64,000 nucleotides of DNA from Paraspadella gotoi. Lineage: Eukaryota; Animalia; Chaetognatha. Position numbers and translations under genes: made by a program. Below are positions 1 to 12,400 of the stretch, in pieces. The notes beneath the pieces are model-generated. The model was not told where the DNA came from. It searched no databases and worked only from the letters and a program-made list of their open reading frames with translations. Each line of letters opens with the position of its first letter. Within the stretch, counting starts at the first letter, position 1. The stretch spans positions 30,401,870-30,465,869 of the forward strand of contig CM119264.1 of the NCBI GenBank assembly GCA_051294375.1, in the 5' to 3' direction.

Positions 1-1568
1 CTATTCCACTCTTCCTTTCAATTCTTTCTTTTCCCTTTTATTTTTCTTATCTTTTTCTTCTTTTCCTTTCTATTCTCTCTTTCTTTATTTCTTTCTTTTA
101 TCCTTCTTTCTTTTCTTTCTTCTTCCTTTCTATTCTTTCTTTCATTTCTATTTTCTTTTCCCTTTGGTGTTCGTTCCGCTACCCTTCCCTTTCTTCTTCT
201 AATTTCTTCCTTTCCTTTCTATTACCGCTCTTTCTTTTCTCTTCTTTTTTTGCTGCCAGTCGACCTTTCTTTTTTTATCTTTCGTTTCTCCTTTTCTTCT
301 TTTTTTCTTTTTTGTCCGGTCCTTCTGTATCGTTTGCTATTCTGAATTCGTTTTTTGTTGTCTGTTGTCTTTTCCTTATATTGTCGTTTTTACGTTCGTT
401 GTTTTTTTTTTATTCTCTTTCTCTTTTCTTTTTGTTGTTATGTTTTGCTTCTATCTTTTTTTTCTGTTCTATTCTTCTATTCTTCTCTGTTTTTTTCTTT
501 CTCCTTTTTTTTCCTTTTTTTTTTGTTTCTTTTTTTTTTTTTTTTTTTCTTCTTTTTTTTTTTTCTTTCTTCTTCCGTTGATGTTGGGGAGAGCGCAGAA
601 GGTGAAAGCGGGAAAGAGAGAAGGGGGACGGGCAAGAGGGGGGCGCGGCAGCAAGGAAGGAGAGAGAAAGGCAGAGCAAAAAAGCGCGGGGGAAAGGGGG
701 CAAGGGGGGAAAGGGATTGGGCGAGGGGGAAGGACGGGGGAAACGGGGGAAGAAGAGCACAAGGAAGAGGGGGAAAAGGAGGGTAGGGGAGGAACAAAAA
801 AGAGGCCGGGCAGGAAACAGCAGGAGCGGGAGAGATACGCAAAGGGGAGGGAGCAGCCCAACGGGAGGGAGGCCCACACGGAGGCAAGGACGCGGGGGGC
901 CGAAAAGGAGCAGGGGGAAAGGAGAACACGGATAAGCGGGAAACGAGGGTAAGGGGGTGAAGGGTAGAACGAGAAGAAGTAAAAAGAGGAAAAGGAGGGG
1001 ACAGCGAAGGGCAAGAAAGAAAAGAAGGAAAGGAGAACACGGGAGAGAGACAGAAAGGCGAACCAGGGAGAGGGGGTAAAGAAAGGCAGCAAGGCCCAAG
1101 CGGGGAGGCCACAGAAAGGATGCAATCGGGAAGCGAAGAAAGGTGTGGCCAAAACCGGGCAACCAAATTCCGAACGGGAAGGGGCCAGCACAAGAAAAAA
1201 AAACGGGAGGAGGGACGAGGAGGGGGGGCGGAAAGACATGGAGGAGCGCCGACCGGGCACAGGGCGGAAAGGCACAGGGACAGGGCAGGATAGGGAGAAG
1301 GGAGGGAGGGGAAGAAAGGAGGAGAGCCGAAGGGGCGGCCGGGGAAGGGGGGCAGGTGAGGTGGTGAATCTGGAGGGCGATCAGCAGAGCCGCGAGCACG
1401 GGGGCGGCGGCCGCCGGGCCAAGAGGGGCGGGGCACGAACGAGAGCAGGGCAAGAAAACGAAGGAGAGGAAATAGGCAAAAAAAAGGAGGGCCGGCCGCG
1501 GTCCGGCCGGTGTGCCGTGCCGCCATCCGCCGGGTGCCCACCTTAGCAAAAACACCAATTACTCGGAG
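1..1568. repeat. Low-complexity pyrimidine-rich then purine-rich tract, probably low-quality read sequence before an N gap
   Basis: C/T-rich 1-580 and G/A-rich 580-1540. ORFs are compositionally biased (F/L/S or K/R/G/E) with no motif. Confidence 0.7.
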
Positions 1569-1829
1569 NNNNNNNNNNNNNNNNNNNNNNNNNGAGAGAG
1601 AGAGAGAGAGAGAATTTTTGCGTGTTTGTTTCGTCGGTGACTTGATCAGTTGCTCGCTTTTTTCTTTGGGAGGCGTAGGCGTGAACTTTTTCCTGTTGAA
1701 TAAAGTATTAATGTGCCCTGTCTATTAGGCGTAGTAAAATTTTCTAAATTTAACTTTAAGTTAAATAATTCTAATAAGGTAGGAAATGAACAACATACCT
1801 CAGATACTTACATAATACATTTATTGTTA

Positions 1830-2300
1830 ATTAAAAAAATTTATATTAAATTGTACATATTACGCAGTAGGCCATATTTATACTAGTACTAATTCCAATA
1901 AATATTTTAAAAATTTCAAAATCAGTTTTTTAAAAATTTTTTTGCAGAATAATTTGGATTCGTCATAAAAAGTTGATAAAAGAAATATAACTCTTTTTTG
2001 AAAAATTCCTTTCATTAAGTGGTGTTCAAAAATTAAAAAGAAAGCTATATTTTAAGGGCTGAAAATTTACCTTTTTATAATTAAATATAGTTTGTTTTAA
2101 TTTTTAACCCACTTAATGAAAGAATTTTCTAAAACATGATTTATATTTCTCTTTTATTCAACTTTTGACGAGGAATTTCAAATGCTGCAACAAAATTAAG
2201 GAAAAAAGATATTTTTGAATTTTTTCGATTTATAAGGAACGTACTATATATAAATATAGCTTCTGCGAAAATCTTAAAACACATTAAAATAATTTTTTTA
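1830..2300. mobile_element. AT-rich fold-back MITE-like element
   Basis: Imperfect inverted arms around ~2070: ttcattaagtgg (~2011) pairs with ccacttaatgaa (~2109), and cgcagtaggccatatttata (~1863) pairs with tataaatatagcttctgcg (~2250). Confidence 0.6.
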
Positions 2301-3239
2301 CATATTAATATTCATGATGTCATGTTGTCTATAATTGAACATTTAAATTTTCGTATTGTAACTTTCACTACGCCTTACTGTCATATTCACTTTCAGTCGT
2401 CCTCACACCGACCTATAATCGCCCCTTTTCACACTTTCACCTTTGACTATCTCTCACCTTTCTCCCTCACCGCTTTCATTATCACAACGACCTTTTCGTC
2501 CGCCTTTTTTAAGGCCTCTCACTTTTGTCACAACGTCATTGCTCTCACTCTCACACCTTATCTTTCTTCTCACTCATTTTCACAAATCAATCTCTCACTC
2601 TTTTTCGTTACTCGTTCTCTCTATCTTTCAATCGCCCATTCTTTCACAATTCTCTATCATTCACTTCTCTAACTCATTCTTTCACTTCTTCTCTCACCCA
2701 TTTCATTCACCACCCAAGTCACCCCACATTTTTTCTCTCCCCACCGTCTCACAATTCACCCTGCCTGTATCTCGTGACGCCGCTCTATCGGAAAATGTTA
2801 TCGGTTCTCAGTGAAAAAATCGGGTAATAAAAAGAAAATCTATTTAGTGGAGTTTCCTCTTTCCTGTTTTTTTTTTTATATTTTTCTAACGCGCCGTCAA
2901 CGTTCTTTTAAATATTAATTATCATTAATTAGATTTTTAAACTTGTTTTTTATACTGGTTGAAAGCTGCCGGTTATGAGTTATAGTTCGGATGAGGTAAG
3001 AAATTAAAGATGAAGTGGCAAATTTCTTGTCAGAACATGGAAGAGGGGAAGACGGGAGATGATGAGAGAGAGCGAGAGACGATGAGAGAGAGACGAGGAG
3101 AGAGGGAGAGAGGAGGGGAGAGAGAGAAAATGAGAACCAGAAATTTCGATGTTTGAAAGGACTTCTCATCAATTCTCTCGATTTTGTCCGGTTCGGACTT
3201 TTTCGCCGCGATTGAGAGAGAGAGAGAGAGAGAGAAGAG

Positions 3240-3293
<54 letters not shown>

Positions 3294-4064
3294 GTGAGAG
3301 GGAGAAGAGAGTTGAGCAGGTTGAGATGGGTGGGATGGGATTAGTGAAGAGAAGAGAGCGAGGGAGTTGAATAAGGGAGAGAGATGGTGGAAGATTAGAT
3401 GAGAATAGTTGAGATTAGATGAAATTAGATGAGATTAGACCGGTCATGAATTAAGATTATAGCGGGAGGAGGTAAGGAATAAGGAAATGAGAGGACATAA
3501 TGAAGAGAGGGATTCAAAGAAGGGGAGTGTGAAATAGGGATACGGGGCGGGGGTTCAAAAGCCTAACTCAGAGCCGGTGTGAAAATCGATTTGTGAAAGT
3601 CACTTTCGATCGCTTCAACACAAAAATTTTCACCCCGTGATTCTATGAAATCCCTGACATGCAATGACACGTGATTCAGCGCGATCTTTACACGTTGGAT
3701 ATTTTTTCTTTCTTTTTTTTCTTTTTTTTTTCGATCGCTCGAGCCTGATTGTCGAATTTAAACCCAAAATAAAGAATAAAATAAAATAAAACTATTAAAA
3801 GGTTCATTAACACATTAAAAAAAAAGAAAAAAAAAACCATTGGCCGAAATCTAAAAAATAAAAGCGTTTTAAAACTGAAAATCAAACCTGCGTTTAAGCT
3901 GAATGGAAATTAACAAAATTGTATTAAAAAACTCAATTTTTGTTAAAAATGTAAAGCGATTTAAATCGATCTTTATAACGAGCCGAACGATTCTTACTTG
4001 AGCGAAAAGGACAACAACGACGACAACAAAGAAAAACATTTAAAACTCTTGAGAAGAAAAAGTT

Positions 4065-4268
4065 ATGAACGCGTTCATAAAAATGTCATGTTTTACAATC
4101 TTCTCATTTTTCGTCATTTTAAGTTCTGCTCTATTAATTATCTTATTAATCTATAACATCCACTTAAAACGAATCGTTTTTTTAAATTTTTTTTCATTGA
4201 CTTTTTATTTACAATGTTTATCTTTAATAATATCATTTTCTTTCACTATCTTCTCTCTCTCTCTCTCT

Positions 4269-4313
<45 letters not shown>

Positions 4314-5795
4314 CCCTCACCCACCCCCCCGCAGACTCGACCCCTCACACCCCAAAACTCATTTGCCGCCTCTCCCACGAACCAACAAAGTGGTGGTCAC
4401 CCCTGCACCTCCCCCTTGCACCCTGGAGAACCTCAAAGGTGTCCTGCTGGGCATGTGCACCCTGGACTACCCTCTTCGCGACACCGAAGCCAAAGTGGCC
4501 GAGATTGTTCCAGGGATCTTTATGGGCGAAGGTCCTTTGAATCCAGATCGGTTGAAGAAGAGAGGAGTCGTCAGGGTGTTGAACTGTTCGGCCGAGAAAG
4601 AAGTCTCGGTCACCAATAATTTGGAGAATCCATACAAGGATTTTGGTCGGTTGTTCAATGATTTAAAGAAGCAAAAATATGAATTAAACTTAATTATTTT
4701 GTAAATGAACCAATATTAGTATAAAGCTATTCGTAGTGGGATTTACAACTTTACAATTTTCTAAGGCCACACAGTTGAAAAAATGGGAAAAGTTTTTTTG
4801 TTTAGAAAGAATAAAATTAAATTCCCACCACGAAATTGCTTAATATTAAATTACAATCTCCTGTGCATGTGATATCAATCCTTTCCCATCCAGGCATCAA
4901 ATACATGGCCCTCGCCATCTCTGACAGCCCTTCCACCGACATCCGCCCGGACCTGGAACCGGTCGCCAAATTCCTCGATCGGGGCCTCGTTCACGGTTCC
5001 GTCTACGTTCACTCGATCCACGGAACCTCGCGCGCCGCCATCTTCGTCGTCGCTTATCTCATGCGACGCCGCGGGATGGGCGGCGTCGAAGCGTTGCGCG
5101 CCGTCCAGATGCGGCGCCCCGTGGCCCCTCACGACGGATTTCTGCGTCTCATCGTGGAGTTGGATCGAGAGGCGCGGCGCCTTGACGCGTGGATGAAGAG
5201 ACATCTGGAGATGACGATCGATAGCGAGTTGGTGAAACCGAGGCCGATTCACGCGCCGATAGTGAGTTGTTTTTTTGGTTGATTGGCGGAATTTATTGTT
5301 GATTTTTGTTGGATTTTTATTGTTGTTATGTATGTTTAATTGTTTATTGTTGATTGTCCATTGTAATTGTTTTTTTTTTTTCAGTTAATTTTTTTGTTTT
5401 TTGTTCATGGTTTTACTTTTTTGGTTTTTTTTGCGCAATCATAAACATAAACATAAACATATTAAATATAATCACATTTTATTAAGCCCAAAGCGTCCAC
5501 AATACCAACAAACAAAATTAAAACCCCGTAAACCCTAAACTAAAACTAATTAAAACATAATTAAACCGTAAACTGTAAATAAAATAATCATAATTTAGCA
5601 AACGATTTAATGTTGTTCTCCCCAAAGGTTCACTATCGCGACCCCGAAGTTTACCGATTCGCCGCTTCTTGTCTTCATCGACAGAAAGTCGCGCAAAAGT
5701 TGTACTTCAACAGCGACGAGCCCTCCAGCCCCATCACTCACGACAGCAACGGAAAAGTCAAGAGGATCGTGTTTGTGGGCAAACTCGTGGCCTGA
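4065..5795 (+). CDS. Atypical dual-specificity phosphatase (DUSP3/13/26-like fold), predicted pseudophosphatase
   Basis: Exons 4335-4645, 4893-5261 and 5628-5795 join in frame at GT-AG sites. The short first exon from ATG 4065 is tentative. Motifs: EIVPGIFMG, LKKRGVVRVLN, AISDSPSTDI, VYVHSIHGTSRAAIFVVAYLM, AVQMRRPVAPHDGFLRLI. Confidence 0.85.
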
Positions 5796-6529
5796 TGTGG
5801 ATGACCTGTGGAGAGGACCGCAACTGGACATGACGTGGTCAAATGAAGAAAGCCTCAGTTCGCTGTCGAAGGACGAGAGAGTTTTGTGAAAGTGAACAGA
5901 AAATCTGAACTGTGAAGATTCCGATAAAAAAAAAACATTTCTCAAATGATCAAAATGACGTTCAGAGGTTTTTTTAAATTTAAACACTGAACATTTACGA
6001 GTCACAAGACACAAATAATTTCGGGTCTTTAGAATCATGAACTTTTCATCACGGCCCCGTTGTTTGTGTCGTCTTATGCAAAATATTTCACGTGGATATT
6101 TACTGCGATCAAAAAAATTGTAACAAAACTAACTGTTGCTCCAAATATTACCACAATCGCTTGCTTTAAATGCTACAATAAAAATTTCTCGTTATAATCT
6201 TAATTCGTTGTAATTGATTCATCAAGACTTTCTGAAATCTCTCTTTATTATTAAAATTTAAAATGAGCCAAAGATCGTATCTCACAAGAGAGACAGACGG
6301 ACCGACCGATTCAGGCATTTCCGATATCTAACTCGATACAAAAGTAATATCGCTATCGAGATAAATATCGCTCGCTCGTTTTAGAGTCCGAACAAAAAAA
6401 AAATTGTCGCCGACAAAAGATGAAAAACCGCGTAGAAAATTCGTGAGAGTAGGAGGAGGAGGAAGAGGAGGAGGAGGAGGAAGAGGAGGAGGACCTAACA
6501 GTTTCTCATAAATAAAATTTGCATGTGTG

Positions 6530-7100
6530 ATCTAAAAAGGAGAGGAGAGGAAAAGAAAGGAAAGGAAAGGAAAGGAAAGGAGAGAAGAGAAGAGGGAGGT
6601 TAGAAAAGGAAAGGAGATGAGAGGAGAGAGGGGAGAGGAGAAGAAAAGAAAGGAAAGGAAAGATAGAAAAAGGAAAGGAAAGGAGAGAAGAGGAGAGGAA
6701 AGAAAGAGGAAAGAAAGACAACAAAGAAAAAAAAGAAAAGAGATAAAAAGAAAGGAAAGAAAGAAACGAAAAAAAGCGAAGCGGTGAGAAATAAAATTAA
6801 AGTACAAAAATATTATGTGTAAATCTTTTCTTTTTTGTTGTGTTTGTGGTTTAAAAAGACGAATGTTTTATAGTTATTTATTATTAAAGTACAAAAATAA
6901 AAAAAGAAAAGAAAATGTAAAAAAAACACTGGAGGAAAAAAGGGAAAGAAAGAAAAAAAGGGAAAGAAAGAAAGAAAAAGGGAAAGAAAGAAAAAAAAGG
7001 GAAAGAAGAAAGAAAAAGGAAAGAAAGAAAAAAAGGGAAAGAAAGAAAAAAAGGGAAAGAAGAAAAGAAAGAAAAAAGGGAAAGAAAGAAGAGGTGAAAA
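6530..7100. repeat. GA-rich low-complexity repeats (AAAGG, AGAGG, GAAA)
   Basis: Directly visible purine simple repeats. Confidence 0.85.
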
Positions 7101-7686
7101 GGTGAAGGTGGAGATGAAGAGAATCGAAGGTCATCAGTTGAGAATCAAAAAAAAAAGAGAGAAAATGGAGGAAAGAGAAGGGGGGTGGAGGGGGGGATGT
7201 GAAACGGGGTGGGGTGGGGGGGGAGTTCATTCCACTGTTTCCCCTTGGGGGATAATATCGTCATTGTTGCCCTGTCTATCGTTGTCGTTGCATGTCTATC
7301 GTTGTCGTTGTCAATGTCTATCGTTGTCGTTGGCATGTCTATCGTTGTCCTTGATAAGTCTTTGGTTGTCATTGCTTTGTCTCTTTCAATTTCTTGTCTT
7401 TCGTTGTTCTTGTCTTTTCAGACTTTGTCGTTTCGGCGGAATAAATGTCATCGTTTTTGTCATTTTCTCTCTGAAACTCGTTCACCTCGTTCACCTCGTT
7501 AACCATGTTATCCGAAGAGAAATTCGTAACTTTCTTTCATATTTAATACTTACATTATTCTGTACTTTTATTATATTTACATTTACTACTTAAATAGTTA
7601 ATCCAAGACCAAAAAAATAGGTTCTATTCTGGCTTCTCTTTCAGTCAAAGGAAAAACTCGTACATTCCCATGAGCATTTTAACGGT

Positions 7687-7753
<67 letters not shown>

Positions 7754-7871
7754 CATCCATGCAGCATTTTTTTCTATCGTCTCTCGAAATCGTTATTTTC
7801 GATTGATTGCTTCGTGTCACAATTGACCCGAAGCCGGAGAAAACTTGAACTCCTGATCAAATCTCTCTCTC

Positions 7872-7935
<64 letters not shown>

Positions 7936-8344
7936 TACTTAGATACCTTGTCAACATCACGTAAACCCGTCGAGGAAGAAAGTCTAAACAAATCATTTTC
8001 TACGAGAGTCAGAAAATATTTTATTTTACTATGTTCTCAAACAAACTTAATTTTCACTAAACGATTGTTCAAAATGAGTTATATTTTGTGTATATAAATA
8101 TTTTTATCAATTTCTTAAATTTTTTTGGTTTTTTATCAAACTTTCACAAAGATTATAGGAAGTTTATTGGATATGAAAATTAAATTATATAAATATTAAT
8201 ATTATTTCTATTTATAGAAAATTAAGATTAATTTTGAATTGGTGGAATATTAAGAAATTCATCAAGTCCCCACCTGCAACGCCTAGACCATCTGCAACGG
8301 AATCAACGATTGCAACGACGCCACCAACGCTTCGACCATCTGCA

Positions 8345-8784
8345 ATGGCAGAAACTATTGCAAACGGGCCACCAACGACTCCGACCCTCGCCTCTCTTCC
8401 ATCTCGTGCTCCGCCGCCCCTAGCCACCCCTGGCGCCGCGGCCACGCCCACTTTAGCCACGCCCCTTCCATCCATTTCCGGCGCCACGACGCGGCGCAAC
8501 AGCGCCTTCGACGTCGACATGGACGATTCTCGATTCCTCGAAGTTCAACGATTCTTTGATAAATTCTCCGGATTCCATTTGCAAGAATTGTTATCCCGAT
8601 GCGGCGCGGATTGGTCGCTCGGCAACGACGCCGAAAAACGCGGCGTCGTTGGGCGTCGATTGGGAAGAGCGCCGGTGGGCGTGGCGGCGAGAGAAGTGGA
8701 ACGCCGGGGATTATCGGCGGAGGCGCCGATTTTGGCGGAAGAAATCGACGAGGTCGTCCATGTGTTGATCCCTCGCGACGACCT

Positions 8785-8817
<33 letters not shown>

Positions 8818-9293
8818 CTCTTCCTCCACAGACTTCGACCTTCAAGAAATCCACCAAATCATTCGCGAACTCACCTTCGGCATCTTCGGCTGCCAACAGC
8901 TGCCCGACGTCGTCTTCGAACCAAACGCCGACGGGACATCCTCGGTGGCCCTCTCGCCCGCCTACAGACACAGCCGCGTCGGGCAGCTGCTCGTCGACGT
9001 GGCTTACGCCGCAGAGGCTTTGTGGACCGGCGTTTATTTTCCCAGGGACAAAAGGTTCGAGGGATTTAATATTAATAATGTTTATTTTGAATTTTATTGT
9101 TTATTTTATTGTTATTATTTATTGTTAGCGATCTCTGGTTTCCTCTCTTCTTTAGATAAGTTTTATAAGTTTTGTTTATCATACCACACGCTAACTCAAA
9201 ATTAGCGTGATCACATTCTGGGACCGTTTTCTGAGATCTCGGTTGTTTTAGATTACTGTATCCGCTTTCTTTTGAATTAATTAATTAAATAAT

Positions 9294-9332
<39 letters not shown>

Positions 9333-9338
9333 TTTTTT

Positions 9339-9437
<99 letters not shown>

Positions 9438-12400
9438 TCATTCATTCATTCATTCATTCATTCATTCATTCATTCATTCATTCTTCCATTCGCCATCTCA
9501 TCCTTCCAGAAAAAAGTTCTTAGATCGATGGGCGCGCTCTACCGGTCGAGGTTCTGAACCAGATTCCGGACCGGCGTCCAAAACCGACGCCGCCGTCGCC
9601 GACTCCTTGGGCGGCGGCGTCGCCAGAGCGGAACGCCTCAAGACGATGGCGATGGAATTCCGCGCCGGCGGACAAATCGACGCCGCCGAAGTCGAAGGCT
9701 ACGACGGCGTCTTCGAGAATCTTCGGTCAATCTTTCGGGACAATCCCGAAGTCCCCGTGGAGCTGAGGGCGTTTCTTAACTGCGCGGAGAAATTGCGCAC
9801 GAGAGTGACGTTCGAACAAGCGTCGGTGGCGAGATGTGGAAGCGTTTTCGTCATGGACGTCAAATGGGATCTGCAGATATGTTTAAGAAGGTCTGTAGGG
9901 GCGCTAGTGTAGAGAATCGAAAAGGCGGGGAAAGATAAACAAAAGAACGTGCGAGGTTATTGCGCGAAATTTTATGGCCTTTGAAGCGCCTGACTTTGGA
10001 CAGGCTGGCGCCATAAGATAATACCTAGCAAAACCCAATAAGCTTTGATCAATGCGTTTTATTTGATTAAATAAATTATTTATAATTGTGACTCGAAAAA
10101 AGCAATAAAAAAAGTTTTTAATTAGTTTTCACGAATTAATTTCAAGACGCATTCCCCTTTTCACAAAAAGATCGGAAGAGCGCGTCTCACTGACGGAGTT
10201 CGAACGCGTCTCCAACAGAACCCGCCTCGTCTCCGACTCTATCGCGGCCAACCTCGATCGTTGCCCCCAAACGCGTCGTCAAATCCTTCAACTCAAACTC
10301 GTCAGTTTCCTTTCCAATCTCTTCGTCGCCCTCAAAGCAGCGGGTCACGTCCCGTCCCTTGGAGGACTTCTCAAGCCGCTCGTCGACTCAGATCTGGAGA
10401 CAGAGGACGACCTGCCGCCCTTCGTGACCTTCTCCGGACAGAGGAACCCGCTCTTCGGAGACGCGAATCGTCGCGTCGTCGCCAGAGGGGGCGTGGCCTT
10501 GACGAGAGAGACGCCGTCGACGATCGAATTGTCGGCGAGGATGCGCGAGGAGATTGAGAGGTTGATGTCGGGAGGGGTTAGAATCCGGGGGGAGGAATCT
10601 GGTTTGGAATCCGTTGATGGAATCGATGGATGGAATCAGGGGACGAGGGATGGAATCTGTTGCAGAGAATTAGGTGATGGAATCTGGAGATGAAATTAGG
10701 AGAACCGATGATGGAATCTTGGGAATAAAATCGAGTGATGGAATCGGGAGAGAATCGTGAATTGTGAGAAAATCGGTAAAGTTGTGAAAGATGATATTCT
10801 ACTATTGCTCTTCGATAAAATTAAAATTCAGAATATATTACAATTTCATCATTATCGTTTGATTTTTTTGAAATTTGAAAATGACTTTCTCTAAATTTTC
10901 TTCTTCATTCTTTTGTTTCGTAGTATTTTTTTTATTTTTTGCCGCTAATTTAAACATCATCAAATGATTATTTTTTTTATCGCCCATCATTTTAAATGGA
11001 ATTTAGAATCAATATCAGATCTCTATCTAAGCTTTTCTTTCCCATTTTCTCTTTCAATTAAACTTCCCCACCATCCCGTCATTCTCCACCACCCCACCCA
11101 CCCTCAGTTTCCTCTCCACCTCTACCCCTCCCCCCTCCTCTCCCTTCTCCCCCTCCTCCACCTCCATCCCTCTCTCCCTCTCTCGCTCCTCCTTCGCTTT
11201 CGATCGACCACGAACCGTTCGAGATTCCCGCACGCCGCTGGACGCCGCCGCCGACGCCGCAGCGACGACGACGCGGCCGACTCTTCCGTCGATCCTCGTG
11301 GACGGGCGCCGCTACGACGTCCTTCGAATCCCCTTGGACGAGTTCCGAGTCTTTCCGGGAAAGGACAAGCCCGACTTTAAGCCCAAATGGATCGGGATGA
11401 TGCGGTCGGAGATTGACGGGCTGATTGAGAGACATCTGCCGCCGACTGAGAGACAGATTCACGAGAGGTCAGATGTTGACTTTGACTTATCAATTATATC
11501 AGTTATCATATAACTAACTAATTAAACTAAAAAAGCTAGCTAAACTAGATTAGTAATTTTACTTTAAAAAAAATTTTAAAAACGTAAACGCTAATCTATT
11601 TCACCTTAAAAGTTTATTTTTAACTTAAATCATAATTTTTACCAAATTAAACTTTTATCATCCTAAAAAAAATCTAAATTTGGGTATAATGAAATTTGAA
11701 CAAAAATAGTTAGAAAATTATTTACTTCATTTATTAAACAAGCTATCTTGCTCCAGATTTTTGGACGCGGCTATGTGAGATAAGGCCCCGTCCTCTTACA
11801 GTTAATAACATAGCATAACAGCATAACATAGCATAAAACATATTGTTGTACCATGTTCATAGCATGACCCGCAAGCTTTCAAACGAGACTAGATTGTTAA
11901 GTCCGAGAGTACTTCTTAATCAATATCCCCCGAATCGCCCACCTTAAAACTCTGCCCTACAAACCACCCTATAACCACCCAACCCCCTCGTTAAGATTCA
12001 AAGGCGTCTTGGGAGTGAAAACCGCCAACAAATGCAAGTCGATTCCCGTCGGACTGAAGGCCTCCGCGACGAGGCACATGTTTTCCACGATGACCACGCT
12101 GTGCAAGCGCACCTCGGCGCTGCGGCTCAAGCGGCCCGACGAGAAGGGGCTGCTGCTGACGCATTACGCGGCTCTGCACGATCAGGCGTCGGCGCTGCAG
12201 CTGTTCTTTAGGCTGGGGATTTCTCCCGACACGAAGCGACGGAGGGACGTGGAGGAGGATGAAGACGAGATTGGGTAAGTTAGGGTGAGGCTTCTTTAAT
12301 AATCGACATAACAAGACATTAACGTAACACTAAGTTCATTAATTAACACTACTTAATATTGACATCACAATGCCTTTATTAAGTTACATCATCCTGCCTT

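Noticed and set aside
312-1558. Several long ORFs (up to 382 aa) on both strands
   Set aside because: They arise from low-complexity purine/pyrimidine tracts lacking stops; no domain, next to a gap.
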